A DNA stretch of 40,301 bases. Origin: a virus. Taxonomy: Duplodnaviria > Caudoviricetes. Of the stretch, positions 18,218 through 26,721 are shown one piece after another. A model generated the notes under the pieces. That model made no database searches and was not told the origin of the DNA. It was given only the letters and a program-made list of their open reading frames with translations. How positions within the stretch are numbered: position 1 is the stretch's first letter; every line of letters starts with the position of its first letter. The stretch covers positions 1-40,301 of IMG/VR virus record IMGVR_UViG_3300025653_003083, one strand, 5' to 3'. The position numbers were made by a program, and so were the translations under genes.

Positions 18218-19510
18218 TTATACAGCAATAAAATAAATTACGCTGATTGCTGCGATAGCAAGGCTACCGCCATTTAGATCTTCCATACGTCCGCTTGCTG
18301 CTTTAATTACAGCATAGGCTACAAAGCCAATTGCGATACCGTGTGCGATACTAAATGTAAGTGGCATCAACACTGCTGCCAATACTGCTGGAGCATATTC
18401 AGTTACATCATCCCAGTCAATGTCTGCGATGTTGCGTAGGAAATATGTAGCAATAAAGATAAGTGCTGGTGCTGTAGCATAAGCAGGAATGCTTTGTGCT
18501 AGTGGCGCCAAGAATAAACAAGCACCAAACAAGATAGCAACAACCACTGCTGTGAGTCCTGTCTTACCACCTTCTTTAATACCTGCTCCACTTTCAATAT
18601 ATGAAGTAGTGTTTGATGTTCCAACTAGAGCACCTGCTGTTGTAGCAACAGAGTCTGCTAGTAATGCACGATCAATTTGCTCTACTTCGCCATCGTCATT
18701 GACCTTACCTGTCAAGTTAGCAACACTGGTCAATGTGCCTGCTGTATCAAAAAAGTCAACAAACAAAAAGGCAAAAGCCACGCCAATGAATCCTGCTGTG
18801 AACAGTGCGCTGAAGTCCATTTGGAAGGCGTGTTCCGGACTTGGAATAGCACCTGCTACTCCGCCAAGTTGAGCAATACCAGTTACCCAAGCAATCACAC
18901 TGACTGCTAGTATGCCAATAATCACTGCGCCTGGCACCTTACGCTTGTCTAAGATTGCCATAATAGCAAAGCCTAAACCTGTAAGCAACACTGGCCAACT
19001 TGTAACGTCTCCAAGTCCTACCAGAGTAGCAGGATTGTCAACAACTATACCAGCGTTTTTCAAACCAATAATAGCAAGAAACAGGCCAATACCTGCGCCG
19101 ACACCAAGTTTCATACTTCGTGGAATACTATTAATGATATATTTACGTGCTGGTGTTACACTTAGCGCAATAAACACTAGACCTGCTACAAAAACAGCCG
19201 CTAGTGCTTGCTGGTATGTATATCCCATACCAAAGATAACACCAAATGTAAAGAACGCATTGAGTCCCATACCTGGTGCAAGAGCAACTGGCCAGTTAGC
19301 CCAGAGCCCCATAATCAATGTGCCAATTACTGCCGCAATAATGGTTGCTGTAAACACAGCACCAAATGCCATTCCACTACCTTCAGTAGATAAAATAGCA
19401 GGGTTGACTACAGTAATATATGCCATTGTGAGAAAGGTTGCTAAACCAGCCATTACTTCTGTTCTTACAGTAGTTCCTGCTGAGGACAACCCAAATAGTT
19501 TTTCTAACAT
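18218..19510 (-). CDS. NCS2/AzgA-family purine permease
   Basis: TTVRTEVMAGLATFLTMAYI, PGMGLNAFF, DFFDTAGTL, YIESGAGI..GGKTGL; many TM segments. Confidence 0.93.
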   Translation of the reverse strand: MLEKLFGLSSAGTTVRTEVMAGLATFLTMAYITVVNPAILSTEGSGMAFGAVFTATIIAAVIGTLIMGLWANWPVALAPGMGLNAFFTFGVIFGMGYTYQQALAAVFVAGLVFIALSVTPARKYIINSIPRSMKLGVGAGIGLFLAIIGLKNAGIVVDNPATLVGLGDVTSWPVLLTGLGFAIMAILDKRKVPGAVIIGILAVSVIAWVTGIAQLGGVAGAIPSPEHAFQMDFSALFTAGFIGVAFAFLFVDFFDTAGTLTSVANLTGKVNDDGEVEQIDRALLADSVATTAGALVGTSNTTSYIESGAGIKEGGKTGLTAVVVAILFGACLFLAPLAQSIPAYATAPALIFIATYFLRNIADIDWDDVTEYAPAVLAAVLMPLTFSIAHGIAIGFVAYAVIKAASGRMEDLNGGSLAIAAISVIYFIAV

Positions 19511-19529
19511 ATATTTCTCCCTTGTTAGT

Positions 19530-19795
19530 TGGAAAGGCCCGTTCTGTTGCTAGGTGGAACCATACCCCCTGTGGTTACGCTGCTAGAGCGAACTCAGATG
19601 GTGCAAAGTTATCGTTTGCATTTGTGTTTTGTAAACTTGCCTACCTGTCGAACCTGTTCACCCCCATCATAAACACACTGTTGCTCAAGGTTGCGATCCT
19701 ACTTAGACTTACTGACGCAAAACGTTCTCAGTGTGTTTATGGTGGAGGTGTCGGGAATCGCACCCGAGTCCAAATAAACTTTATAACGTTTACAG
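19530..19795 (-). ncRNA. ssrA: Circularly permuted two-piece tmRNA
   Basis: Acceptor piece GACTCGGGTGCGATTCCCGACACCTCCACCA (ends 19740); intervening segment 19666-19739; coding piece starts GGGGGTGAACAGGTTCGAC (19665); tag ORF 19619-19575 = ANDNFAPSEFALAA*; outer ends approximate. Confidence 0.93.
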
Positions 19796-19797
19796 TC

Positions 19798-19828
19798 TAT
19801 TTATAACACATTATAAAACAGTTGTCAA
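19798..19828 (-). promoter_or_regulatory. Composite tmRNA promoter
   Basis: TTGACA-N17-TATAAA; the -10 is part of a perfect late TATAAATA (19798-19805). Confidence 0.7.
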
Positions 19829-19839
19829 TAAATATTTTA

Positions 19840-20703
19840 ATGAAAAAATTTTTTATCGAAGATGCTGCATTCAATATAACCAATGTATGTAATTTAACAT
19901 GTAAGGGATGTGAAAGTTTCAACAATTATAACTTTAAAGGTCATATGAAATTTGCCGATTATGCAAAACACTACACCCAATGGAGTCGTTTGGTGTCAAT
20001 TGATACTGTTACAATACACGGAGGCGAACCTTTTACAAATCCAGACCTTATAAATTGGGTTATAAATTTAAAACAATTATGGCCAAATGCACAAGAATAT
20101 TACGTTTCTACAAATGGCACCTTTTTAAAAAGCAAAAAAGATATAGCAAAAAAGATTCTAAACAGTGACTACTATATCAACATTTGTGTTCACGATCCAT
20201 CTATGTATGAAGAAATAAAAAATAACCTACACTCTTTATTAGAAGATTATGATTTTTATATCAAAACTAATAACCAAGGTAATGAATATTTTGAATTGCA
20301 TACTCATAAAAAACTTGCGCTATTAGAATCAACATATTATTTTAAAAAGTCTGCTATTGATTTTATAAAAGATAAAACATGGTTTATGCATAATAGCAAT
20401 GTAAATGATGCCTACGAAATATGTTTAGAAGGTTCTGCTCCATGTAATCTTTTTCACAAAGGATATTTGTATCAATGCCAACTCACTGCACTTAAAGATG
20501 ATTTGTTTTTGCAATTTAGTATTGAACCTAGAGCTGTTGATTTACTCAAAAAATATCGTGCTGGAGATCCTTTTTCTCCAAAAAATGAACTGAAAGAATT
20601 TTTTAGAAAACATAACAAGCCTATACCTCAATGCACCTTATGTCCAGGATGCGATCAAACGCATCCTATCTATCCTATGGCAAAGAAAAAGGAAGTTTTT
20701 TAA
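19840..20703 (+). CDS. Radical SAM protein
   Basis: CNLTCKGC, GGEP, STNG, C-terminal CxxC; AT-rich, on the opposite strand. Confidence 0.88.
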   Translation: MKKFFIEDAAFNITNVCNLTCKGCESFNNYNFKGHMKFADYAKHYTQWSRLVSIDTVTIHGGEPFTNPDLINWVINLKQLWPNAQEYYVSTNGTFLKSKKDIAKKILNSDYYINICVHDPSMYEEIKNNLHSLLEDYDFYIKTNNQGNEYFELHTHKKLALLESTYYFKKSAIDFIKDKTWFMHNSNVNDAYEICLEGSAPCNLFHKGYLYQCQLTALKDDLFLQFSIEPRAVDLLKKYRAGDPFSPKNELKEFFRKHNKPIPQCTLCPGCDQTHPIYPMAKKKEVF

Positions 20704-20922
20704 TTACCACTTTAAGGCTGTTCTTTTTTTGATATCTTTTTGAGCACGGATGGCATTCATAATACGAATGATTTTGCTTTTCTTTTCACCTGGGCGATGA
20801 TAGTTATTCTTCATTATCCAAGTTTTATCTGCTTCTAACTCTTTGGCAAATTGTTCACCAAGTAGTTTTTCTAAGTAATTCAAGTCGTCATCACTCAGGT
20901 CTTTTATCTTCTGCGAAACCAT
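20704..20922 (-). CDS. Hypothetical protein
   Basis: Likely start MVSQKIKDLS with GGAG SD. Confidence 0.55.
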   Translation of the reverse strand: MVSQKIKDLSDDDLNYLEKLLGEQFAKELEADKTWIMKNNYHRPGEKKSKIIRIMNAIRAQKDIKKRTALKW

Positions 20923-21112
20923 TCTGTTTATGTCTCCATGCTTGTTCAAATTGTTCACTGTATTCATAAAGAGGTGCACCATCGCCGCCATCATACCAGA
21001 GGCGTTTGAAATATCCATTTGCACTTGCTATTACTGTTTCAGGGGAAGCGTCAAGGTGGCCCTTGACCATGTAAAATAATCTGTATTGTTCTTTGAGATC
21101 ATTTGGCAACAT
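20891..21112 (-). CDS. Hypothetical protein
   Basis: MLPNDLKEQYRLFYMVKGHL; TAAATA 4 nt upstream of ATG. Confidence 0.55.
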   Translation of the reverse strand: MLPNDLKEQYRLFYMVKGHLDASPETVIASANGYFKRLWYDGGDGAPLYEYSEQFEQAWRHKQNGFAEDKRPE

Positions 21113-21154
21113 AACGTATTTACAAAACTGTAACATGTTATGCGCTAACAAAGA

Positions 21155-21418
21155 CTAGGCGCCTTCAGGAAAAAACCAATACAACAAGGCACCACCAGGT
21201 GCAATTTGCATTTGAAGTTCTTGTGTTCTCATATAGTCGTCTGTTCCACCTTGACGTTGCACAAGCCATAGGTCGCCTGGATCATAAAAACCCACACCAC
21301 TTGTTACATTTCTTTTGAATGTAATTGCTCTATAGCGCAACTGCTCATCATCGTAATAATGCGGCGGAATTCCGTATTCAGTTAAAATGTATTTTCTTAA
21401 ATCAGTTAATGTGTCCAT
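21155..21418 (-). CDS. Hypothetical protein
   Basis: GAGG SD and late promoter upstream. Confidence 0.6.
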   Translation of the reverse strand: MDTLTDLRKYILTEYGIPPHYYDDEQLRYRAITFKRNVTSGVGFYDPGDLWLVQRQGGTDDYMRTQELQMQIAPGGALLYWFFPEGA

Positions 21419-21441
21419 GTTTAAATCCTCTACAGTATTTA

Positions 21442-21624
21442 TTACATATCACGTTTCTTATCTTGAATTTCTTTGCGTCTTTCGACTATTAATTCTTTAA
21501 GTTCATGTAATGCTTGCCTTGCACGAACTGCGGAGGCTTTTACTCCGCTTTCAAACTTCTCACTTTCTTTCATATAAATGTCAAAAGCAAGAACCAACTG
21601 TTCGTGCAAGTTCTTTTGTTCCAC
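21442..21624 (-). CDS. Small helical protein resembling the Hc1 N-terminal domain family
   Basis: EKFESGVKASAVRARQAL.ELK...RRKEIQ. Confidence 0.5.
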   Translation of the reverse strand: MEQKNLHEQLVLAFDIYMKESEKFESGVKASAVRARQALHELKELIVERRKEIQDKKRDM

Positions 21625-22130
21625 TAATCACCTATGTATAAAGTTTTCAACTGATCTATTAGATCATCAACGCTGTCTTCGTTGGCTTGGTATCTAATAC
21701 CAATACCACCTTTAGCCTTCCAACTATCAACGTTGCTTGGCTTGTCGTCAACTAAAATGTTTGGCCCACCAGTGATATCTTCAATAGCATATTTTGGTTT
21801 GTAGCCAGTAAAAATAATGTTTGGCACACGACTTGGCAAAAAGTTATGTCTTGTTAACCATACACGTTTCCAATAAGCACTGTTGTCTTTGTCGCCACGT
21901 AGTGGGCTAGAACAAATACCGTAGTTGTCACCAGCAAGCTCTCTTACTGTGTTTACTAATCTAGCACTGGTTGGAAAAGGATCTAGTGTGTCAAAGAAGT
22001 TTGTGTATTTTAGTGCCCAAATGCTTTCTTCTTTATCAGGCAAGTTCTTCCAATGATCTACACCGTAGTATTTTTGGAGCCCTCCAAAGAAATCAGCTAT
22101 AACGCCATCCATGTCTAAGTAAATTTTCAT
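21624..22130 (-). CDS. 5'(3')-deoxyribonucleotidase, HAD family
   Basis: IYLDMDGVIADF, K..WL, ILVDD...N...W...GG.GI. Confidence 0.85.
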   Translation of the reverse strand: MKIYLDMDGVIADFFGGLQKYYGVDHWKNLPDKEESIWALKYTNFFDTLDPFPTSARLVNTVRELAGDNYGICSSPLRGDKDNSAYWKRVWLTRHNFLPSRVPNIIFTGYKPKYAIEDITGGPNILVDDKPSNVDSWKAKGGIGIRYQANEDSVDDLIDQLKTLYIGD

Positions 22131-22162
22131 ATGTGCCTCATTTATTGCCTAAGTTATGCTTT

Positions 22163-22192
22163 ATTATAGCACAAATATGGGTGTTGTCAACC
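22163..22192 (-). promoter_or_regulatory. Sigma70-type early promoter
   Basis: GGTTGACA-N16-TATAAT with TG extension. Confidence 0.8.
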
Positions 22193-22193
22193 G

Positions 22194-24977
22194 TTAATGA
22201 AGGTTTTCCCAGGATGATCCATTATAAACTTGAAGTTTTGTATCAGTGGTATTCCAAATTACAGTGCCTGCACCAACAATCAATGCATTACGCTCGGTTG
22301 TTGTGTAGTTTGCATGTCTTAAAGTGTTACTTGATTCAGTTGGTTGAAAAATTGAATAAAATACTTTATTCTCAAGATTTTGATCGGTTACAACATCGTA
22401 ATTAGTAACAACACTATTAACAACCGAACTGATTGTAAAACCGCTGGTGCCGATCATTGTTGGTTTAAGTGTAAGCTGCAAATAATTGGATTGCGGAGAA
22501 ACATCATCTTTATTGTGAGAAGTTATTCTCAACATATTGTTTTGATGCCAAATCGTTGAGCGTGTTTGATATGCACTTATGCCATCAGTAGCTATGAAAT
22601 TCATATAAATTCCAGCGTCAGATGTTATATCTGCGGTATTGGTCACCACATCATAAAGATCAAATTGCTGGGCTGAGTTTGCGTCAATCCACACTTTATC
22701 TGTAAATGTTGTGCCATAACGAGCTGCAACAGGTGTCGTAGGATTAACTGGATCATATCCAAATTTTACAAGTTCTGTAGCAACTGAGTTGATATTAACT
22801 TCTATAGGTACTGTACCATATGTACCTATAGAAGTTATTTTATTACCGTTTACATCTAGGTTGCCACCAAGTTGCGGTGTTGTATCTTCAATAACACTCA
22901 AAATACCAGTATCAGTATCTGCAATTACAAAATCGTAATATGTTGATCCATTATTTGTGAATTGCCATTGATCGGTGCTTTCATTATAACGAATATACAC
23001 GTTTGGAGAAGTACCTCTTTCCACACCAATATATGCCCAATTGTTAGATGCAGAACTTGGTGTGCCTGTAGCATCTGCAGCCAGTAATAACATGCCTGCA
23101 TGACCAGTCGCTTTATTGATTCCAACATAACCTACAGTCGATTGTGAATCTAGAATAATATTTCCTGTGCTGATAATACTATTGCCATTCACATCTAGGT
23201 TGCCACCAAGTTGCGGTGTTGTATCTTCTACAACATTTGCAATGCCACTACTGCCAGTTTGGTCCGCTACCCATGCATAGTCACTGCCATTCCAGCTTAG
23301 TATTTGATTAGTGCTTGCCGAAGATGTATTCAAGTGTGTATCAACATCAGAGTTAGCATAAGATCCGCCAAGCGGACTATATGTAGAGCCGTTGTTAGTA
23401 AACTCCCATATATCAGTACCTTCATTCCATCTAATATTCACATTTGTTGAATTGCCGCGTTCTACTTCTATGTAACTCCAGTTAGTACTACTTGACGACG
23501 GAGTGCCAGTTTGGTCAGCATTGAGTACTAGTTTGCCACCTGTAGCAGTTGTGCTGTTTACACCCACGTATCCACTTCCTGATGTTGGGTGTAAAATAAT
23601 ATTTCCATTATTTTGTATTTCATTACCGTTTAGGTCAAGTGTTCCTCCAAGTTGCGGAGTAGTGTCTTCTACGACATTTGCTAAGCCACCGCCTCCAGAT
23701 TGCGCTACCCAATCGTAATCTGTTCCTGTCCAACTCAACACCTCGCCTGTTGTTGCAGTGCTTGTGTTTAAGTGTGTGTCAACATTACTATTGCTATATG
23801 CGGCTGTCTGAGCAACCCAACTATAACCTGTGCCGTTCCAGCTTAAAACCTGTCCTGTTGTTGCGGTAATAGTGCTAAGATGAGTATCTACATCACTATT
23901 GGTATAATGATCTAAATCACTGATTTGACTTTCTGTGATGCTTAATGCTGCTTGGTGTTGTGTTACTGCTGATTGTGGAACATTTGCATCTGGAATGTTT
24001 GCCCATGTTACTGATGCTGTTAAATCGTTTGTTTCACTTGTTAAGTATGATTGTAAATCACTTATTTGTGATTCTGTGATACTTAATGCAGCCTGATGCT
24101 GTGTTACTGCTGATTGTGGAACATTTGCATTTGGAATGTTTGCCCATGTCACTGCACTGGTTAGGTCATTTGTTTCTGTGTAGCTTGTTAGGTATCTTCC
24201 GTCTAGACTTATAGTCGCTGCTGTTGTCGCATCACTGCGAGTGAGTGTAAGATCACCAGTGCCGCTATCAAAACTACCACTGGTAATCCTTGTAAGATTT
24301 GTATCATCAAACAATGCACTAAAGTCAACTGTAAAATTTGTAGCATCGTCTCTTGTAAACGTAGCAACACCTGTGCCGCCATCAACTGTGCCACTTGTAA
24401 TACGTGCAAGGTTTGTGTCATCAACTGCCCAGCTTAGACTAACATCATTTGCTGTGCCAGTTTCGTCTGTGTAAACAAGTTTTTGATTTACGCTGTCTGC
24501 GGTAAGTGTAGTAGTGGTTTCGCTTGTAAGATAACCTGAATCATTGGTAAATGCACTTACATTTGAAGGCGGTGTATATGTGCTATTAATTGTAATACTA
24601 TCAGCTGTAGGATTAGTAGTGATACTGATATCAGTTCCAGCAACCAATGTAAGAACATCTGACTTTTGATCTGCAACAACATTTGACTGTCCTGCTACTA
24701 CAATCTCAGCCCAAGCATTTTGATTGACTTCGCCGCTGACACCTGATGCTGCTAATGCACTCCATCCTAAGGTTTCAAAGTAACCTTCAAATAAATTCAA
24801 TTGTGTGTTGAATCTTAGTTGTCCAACTACTGGAGATGCTGGTTGTTGTCCTGTTGTGCCTGTTGGTATTTCAATTGCACCTGTAGCACTATCACGTGGT
24901 GCGACAGCATCAAAGTTTGCATCCATTTCATTGTAGGTTAATGCAGCACCTTTGTCTGCTCTCTTTATAATAGCCAT
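22194..24977 (-). CDS. Tail fibre-like structural protein
   Basis: RADKGAALTYNEMDANF N-terminus, G.LRFNT, three EDTTPQLGG.LD.NG repeats, GQVLSWNG repeats, IWNTTDTKLQVYNG..W end. Confidence 0.8.
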   Translation of the reverse strand: MAIIKRADKGAALTYNEMDANFDAVAPRDSATGAIEIPTGTTGQQPASPVVGQLRFNTQLNLFEGYFETLGWSALAASGVSGEVNQNAWAEIVVAGQSNVVADQKSDVLTLVAGTDISITTNPTADSITINSTYTPPSNVSAFTNDSGYLTSETTTTLTADSVNQKLVYTDETGTANDVSLSWAVDDTNLARITSGTVDGGTGVATFTRDDATNFTVDFSALFDDTNLTRITSGSFDSGTGDLTLTRSDATTAATISLDGRYLTSYTETNDLTSAVTWANIPNANVPQSAVTQHQAALSITESQISDLQSYLTSETNDLTASVTWANIPDANVPQSAVTQHQAALSITESQISDLDHYTNSDVDTHLSTITATTGQVLSWNGTGYSWVAQTAAYSNSNVDTHLNTSTATTGEVLSWTGTDYDWVAQSGGGGLANVVEDTTPQLGGTLDLNGNEIQNNGNIILHPTSGSGYVGVNSTTATGGKLVLNADQTGTPSSSSTNWSYIEVERGNSTNVNIRWNEGTDIWEFTNNGSTYSPLGGSYANSDVDTHLNTSSASTNQILSWNGSDYAWVADQTGSSGIANVVEDTTPQLGGNLDVNGNSIISTGNIILDSQSTVGYVGINKATGHAGMLLLAADATGTPSSASNNWAYIGVERGTSPNVYIRYNESTDQWQFTNNGSTYYDFVIADTDTGILSVIEDTTPQLGGNLDVNGNKITSIGTYGTVPIEVNINSVATELVKFGYDPVNPTTPVAARYGTTFTDKVWIDANSAQQFDLYDVVTNTADITSDAGIYMNFIATDGISAYQTRSTIWHQNNMLRITSHNKDDVSPQSNYLQLTLKPTMIGTSGFTISSVVNSVVTNYDVVTDQNLENKVFYSIFQPTESSNTLRHANYTTTERNALIVGAGTVIWNTTDTKLQVYNGSSWENLH
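22852..23228. repeat. Identical 38-bp direct repeat (22852-22889, 23191-23228)
   Basis: acatctaggttgccaccaagttgcggtgttgtatcttc twice, 339 nt apart. Confidence 0.9.
23914..24176. repeat. 141-nt (47-aa) tandem duplication in the tail fibre gene
   Basis: ETNDLT..VTWANIP.ANVPQSAVTQHQAALSITESQISDL twice. Confidence 0.9.
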
Positions 24978-24984
24978 ACTGTAT

Positions 24985-25248
24985 TTATTCAGTCAGGTCG
25001 TCTATACCACTTATTCCTACATAACTTGTTTGCCTATTATTAACTAGACCAGGATTGTTTTCTATATAGTCATTTTGCACATAACCAAAAATACTTTTTT
25101 CTTCGTCAGTAAGTGGTGCTGTTACTGCATAGGCCCTAGCGATTAATTGTTCTTTTATTACAGGATCTGTTTCTGCCGCTGCTTGTTGCAATAAACCAGC
25201 AATGTCCGGGTTTGGAGGAAAATTAAATGTACCGTAACTAACTGCCAT
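24985..25248 (-). CDS. Hypothetical protein, probably virion-associated
   Basis: Likely start MAVSYGTFNFPP with GGAG SD; lies between PAAR and the fibre gene. Confidence 0.55.
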   Translation of the reverse strand: MAVSYGTFNFPPNPDIAGLLQQAAAETDPVIKEQLIARAYAVTAPLTDEEKSIFGYVQNDYIENNPGLVNNRQTSYVGISGIDDLTE

Positions 25249-25537
25249 TTGCGTAAACATCTCCACTGCCTGTTTGAGCTGCATTAGGAACCCATGAACC
25301 GTGTCCTCCTGTAGCATCTCCTTGTCTATGCACAAGTTTACCTTCAGCATATACATTATCAGATGAACCAACTGCTGGATCACCGCACTGTGTTTTATCA
25401 CCTACACGTATTACAGGTTTATTATTTGCATAAACAGTGGTTTGCCCGGCAACATAATTAAACTGGTGAAAAGGATTAGGAGTAGGACTAGCATGTCCTA
25501 TGTGTTTATCTACTTCTGCCCTAACTACACCAGGCAT
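25238..25537 (-). CDS. PAAR spike-tip protein (T4 gp5.4-like)
   Basis: D.HIGH, VYANNKPVIRVGD...CG, VHRQGD..GGHG, GSGDVYANG; AGGAG SD. Confidence 0.88.
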   Translation of the reverse strand: MPGVVRAEVDKHIGHASPTPNPFHQFNYVAGQTTVYANNKPVIRVGDKTQCGDPAVGSSDNVYAEGKLVHRQGDATGGHGSWVPNAAQTGSGDVYANGS

Positions 25538-25545
25538 GTTATCTC

Positions 25546-25836
25546 CTAAGCCATTTGAATCCCTGTGGTGCTGGTCATATATTGTTTTCCCATTTCGGGA
25601 TCGGTTTTGCAAACAAACACCACTGCGCTCTTATTTAGCTGTAATTTTGCGTCCTGTGGAATAGTAAAAGCATATGGAGCCAATCCCATTCCTTGTTGTG
25701 TAGCCATAAGGGCCAGTGGTTTTAAAACAGTGATATGCTTGTCATTTTCTTCTACGAAGCGGGCAACAATTTCGTCTCCGCCTGTGGTTTTTAATGTAAT
25801 TGTATCGTTAGTTTTGTATGGTGTTTCAATAATCAT
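25546..25836 (-). CDS. Conserved small beta-rich phage protein
   Basis: TLKTTGGDEIVARF...PLAL...Y...TTGI pattern. Confidence 0.65.
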   Translation of the reverse strand: MIIETPYKTNDTITLKTTGGDEIVARFVEENDKHITVLKPLALMATQQGMGLAPYAFTIPQDAKLQLNKSAVVFVCKTDPEMGKQYMTSTTGIQMA

Positions 25837-26470
25837 TTCCGTATCCAAATAAATTCATTGCTCTTCTATATCTATTGTTGATATATTTTCTTTCCGATTT
25901 TGTGGTATGTAATTCTGGGTAATCGTAATTGTTTTCCGAGCTGTATTTTGCGTTGTAAACTTTTGTTGTTAACAAATTTTGTAAAAACTTATCGTCAGGA
26001 ACTGTGCCTAATTTCACCACTTTCATATCTGTCACATATTCGTCTGCAAGGTCATGCATACAATGGACCCAAAAATTAAAATCATGTTGTTTGTATGATT
26101 TTATACTATCAATTGCCCTAAATAGATCAAGGTGTACATTCATTGAGTATTTTCCTATATGACGATTTAACCTTTGTTGCGCCCAGTGTTGTGTTTCATC
26201 GAAATTTATTTGCCAATGTCTCCAGTAGTGCCAATAGCCACTATAAAACCGGTGAATAGGATGTCTAATGAGAAGATAAGCCTGCTCTTTTCTTTGATGT
26301 TTTATTTTATAATCATAGTATATAGGTTTAAAGGCATCTACGTTATTTCTTTTCATAAAATAATAATTAAAATTTGGATTATTCATTCTATCAATCAACA
26401 TGGTGGTGCCACATTTATGAAAAAAGAATAGGACTCCTGATTGATTATTTCTGTCAAAAATATAAGCCAT
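25826..26470 (-). CDS. Sulfotransferase-like protein
   Basis: 5'-PSB-like KCGTT and 3'-PB-like IRHPIHRFYSGY; C-terminal LFGY. Confidence 0.65.
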   Translation of the reverse strand: MAYIFDRNNQSGVLFFFHKCGTTMLIDRMNNPNFNYYFMKRNNVDAFKPIYYDYKIKHQRKEQAYLLIRHPIHRFYSGYWHYWRHWQINFDETQHWAQQRLNRHIGKYSMNVHLDLFRAIDSIKSYKQHDFNFWVHCMHDLADEYVTDMKVVKLGTVPDDKFLQNLLTTKVYNAKYSSENNYDYPELHTTKSERKYINNRYRRAMNLFGYGNDY

Positions 26471-26721
26471 TATAGAGAATGCCCTGTTCCATTAAAACCT
26501 GTGTCCTCTACATACTTTATAAACTCAGTATAGCCGCCAATAACTTTGCCGTATATCTTGATCTGTGGAAATGTTTTTGCATCTGGAAATGTTTCAAACA
26601 CTTGTTCGCGCTCAAAGTCAACACCTAGTTGTTTATAGATAAAAGCATAACCTCTAGTTTCACAAAAACTTTTTGCTCTGCTGCAAAATGCACAGTTTTC
26701 TTTGCCCCAGATCTCAATCAT
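26470..26721 (-). CDS. Glutaredoxin
   Basis: CAFC, TFPQI, IGGY; follows nrdB. Confidence 0.92.
   Translation of the reverse strand: MIEIWGKENCAFCSRAKSFCETRGYAFIYKQLGVDFEREQVFETFPDAKTFPQIKIYGKVIGGYTEFIKYVEDTGFNGTGHSL

Noticed and set aside
19511-19620. Purine riboswitch upstream of the NCS2 permease
   Set aside because: Region is occupied by the tmRNA tag and 3' structure; no purine aptamer core recognised
19740-19772. tRNA-like T-arm and CCA
   Set aside because: No anticodon arm; explained as the tmRNA acceptor piece. No true tRNA was seen in the window
19522-19806. 94-aa plus-strand ORF
   Set aside because: It is the antisense of the tmRNA gene and has no protein features
22194-24977. 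Diversity-generating retroelement TR/VR pair
   Set aside because: Repeats are in-frame protein modules, differences are not adenine-specific, and no reverse transcriptase is in the window
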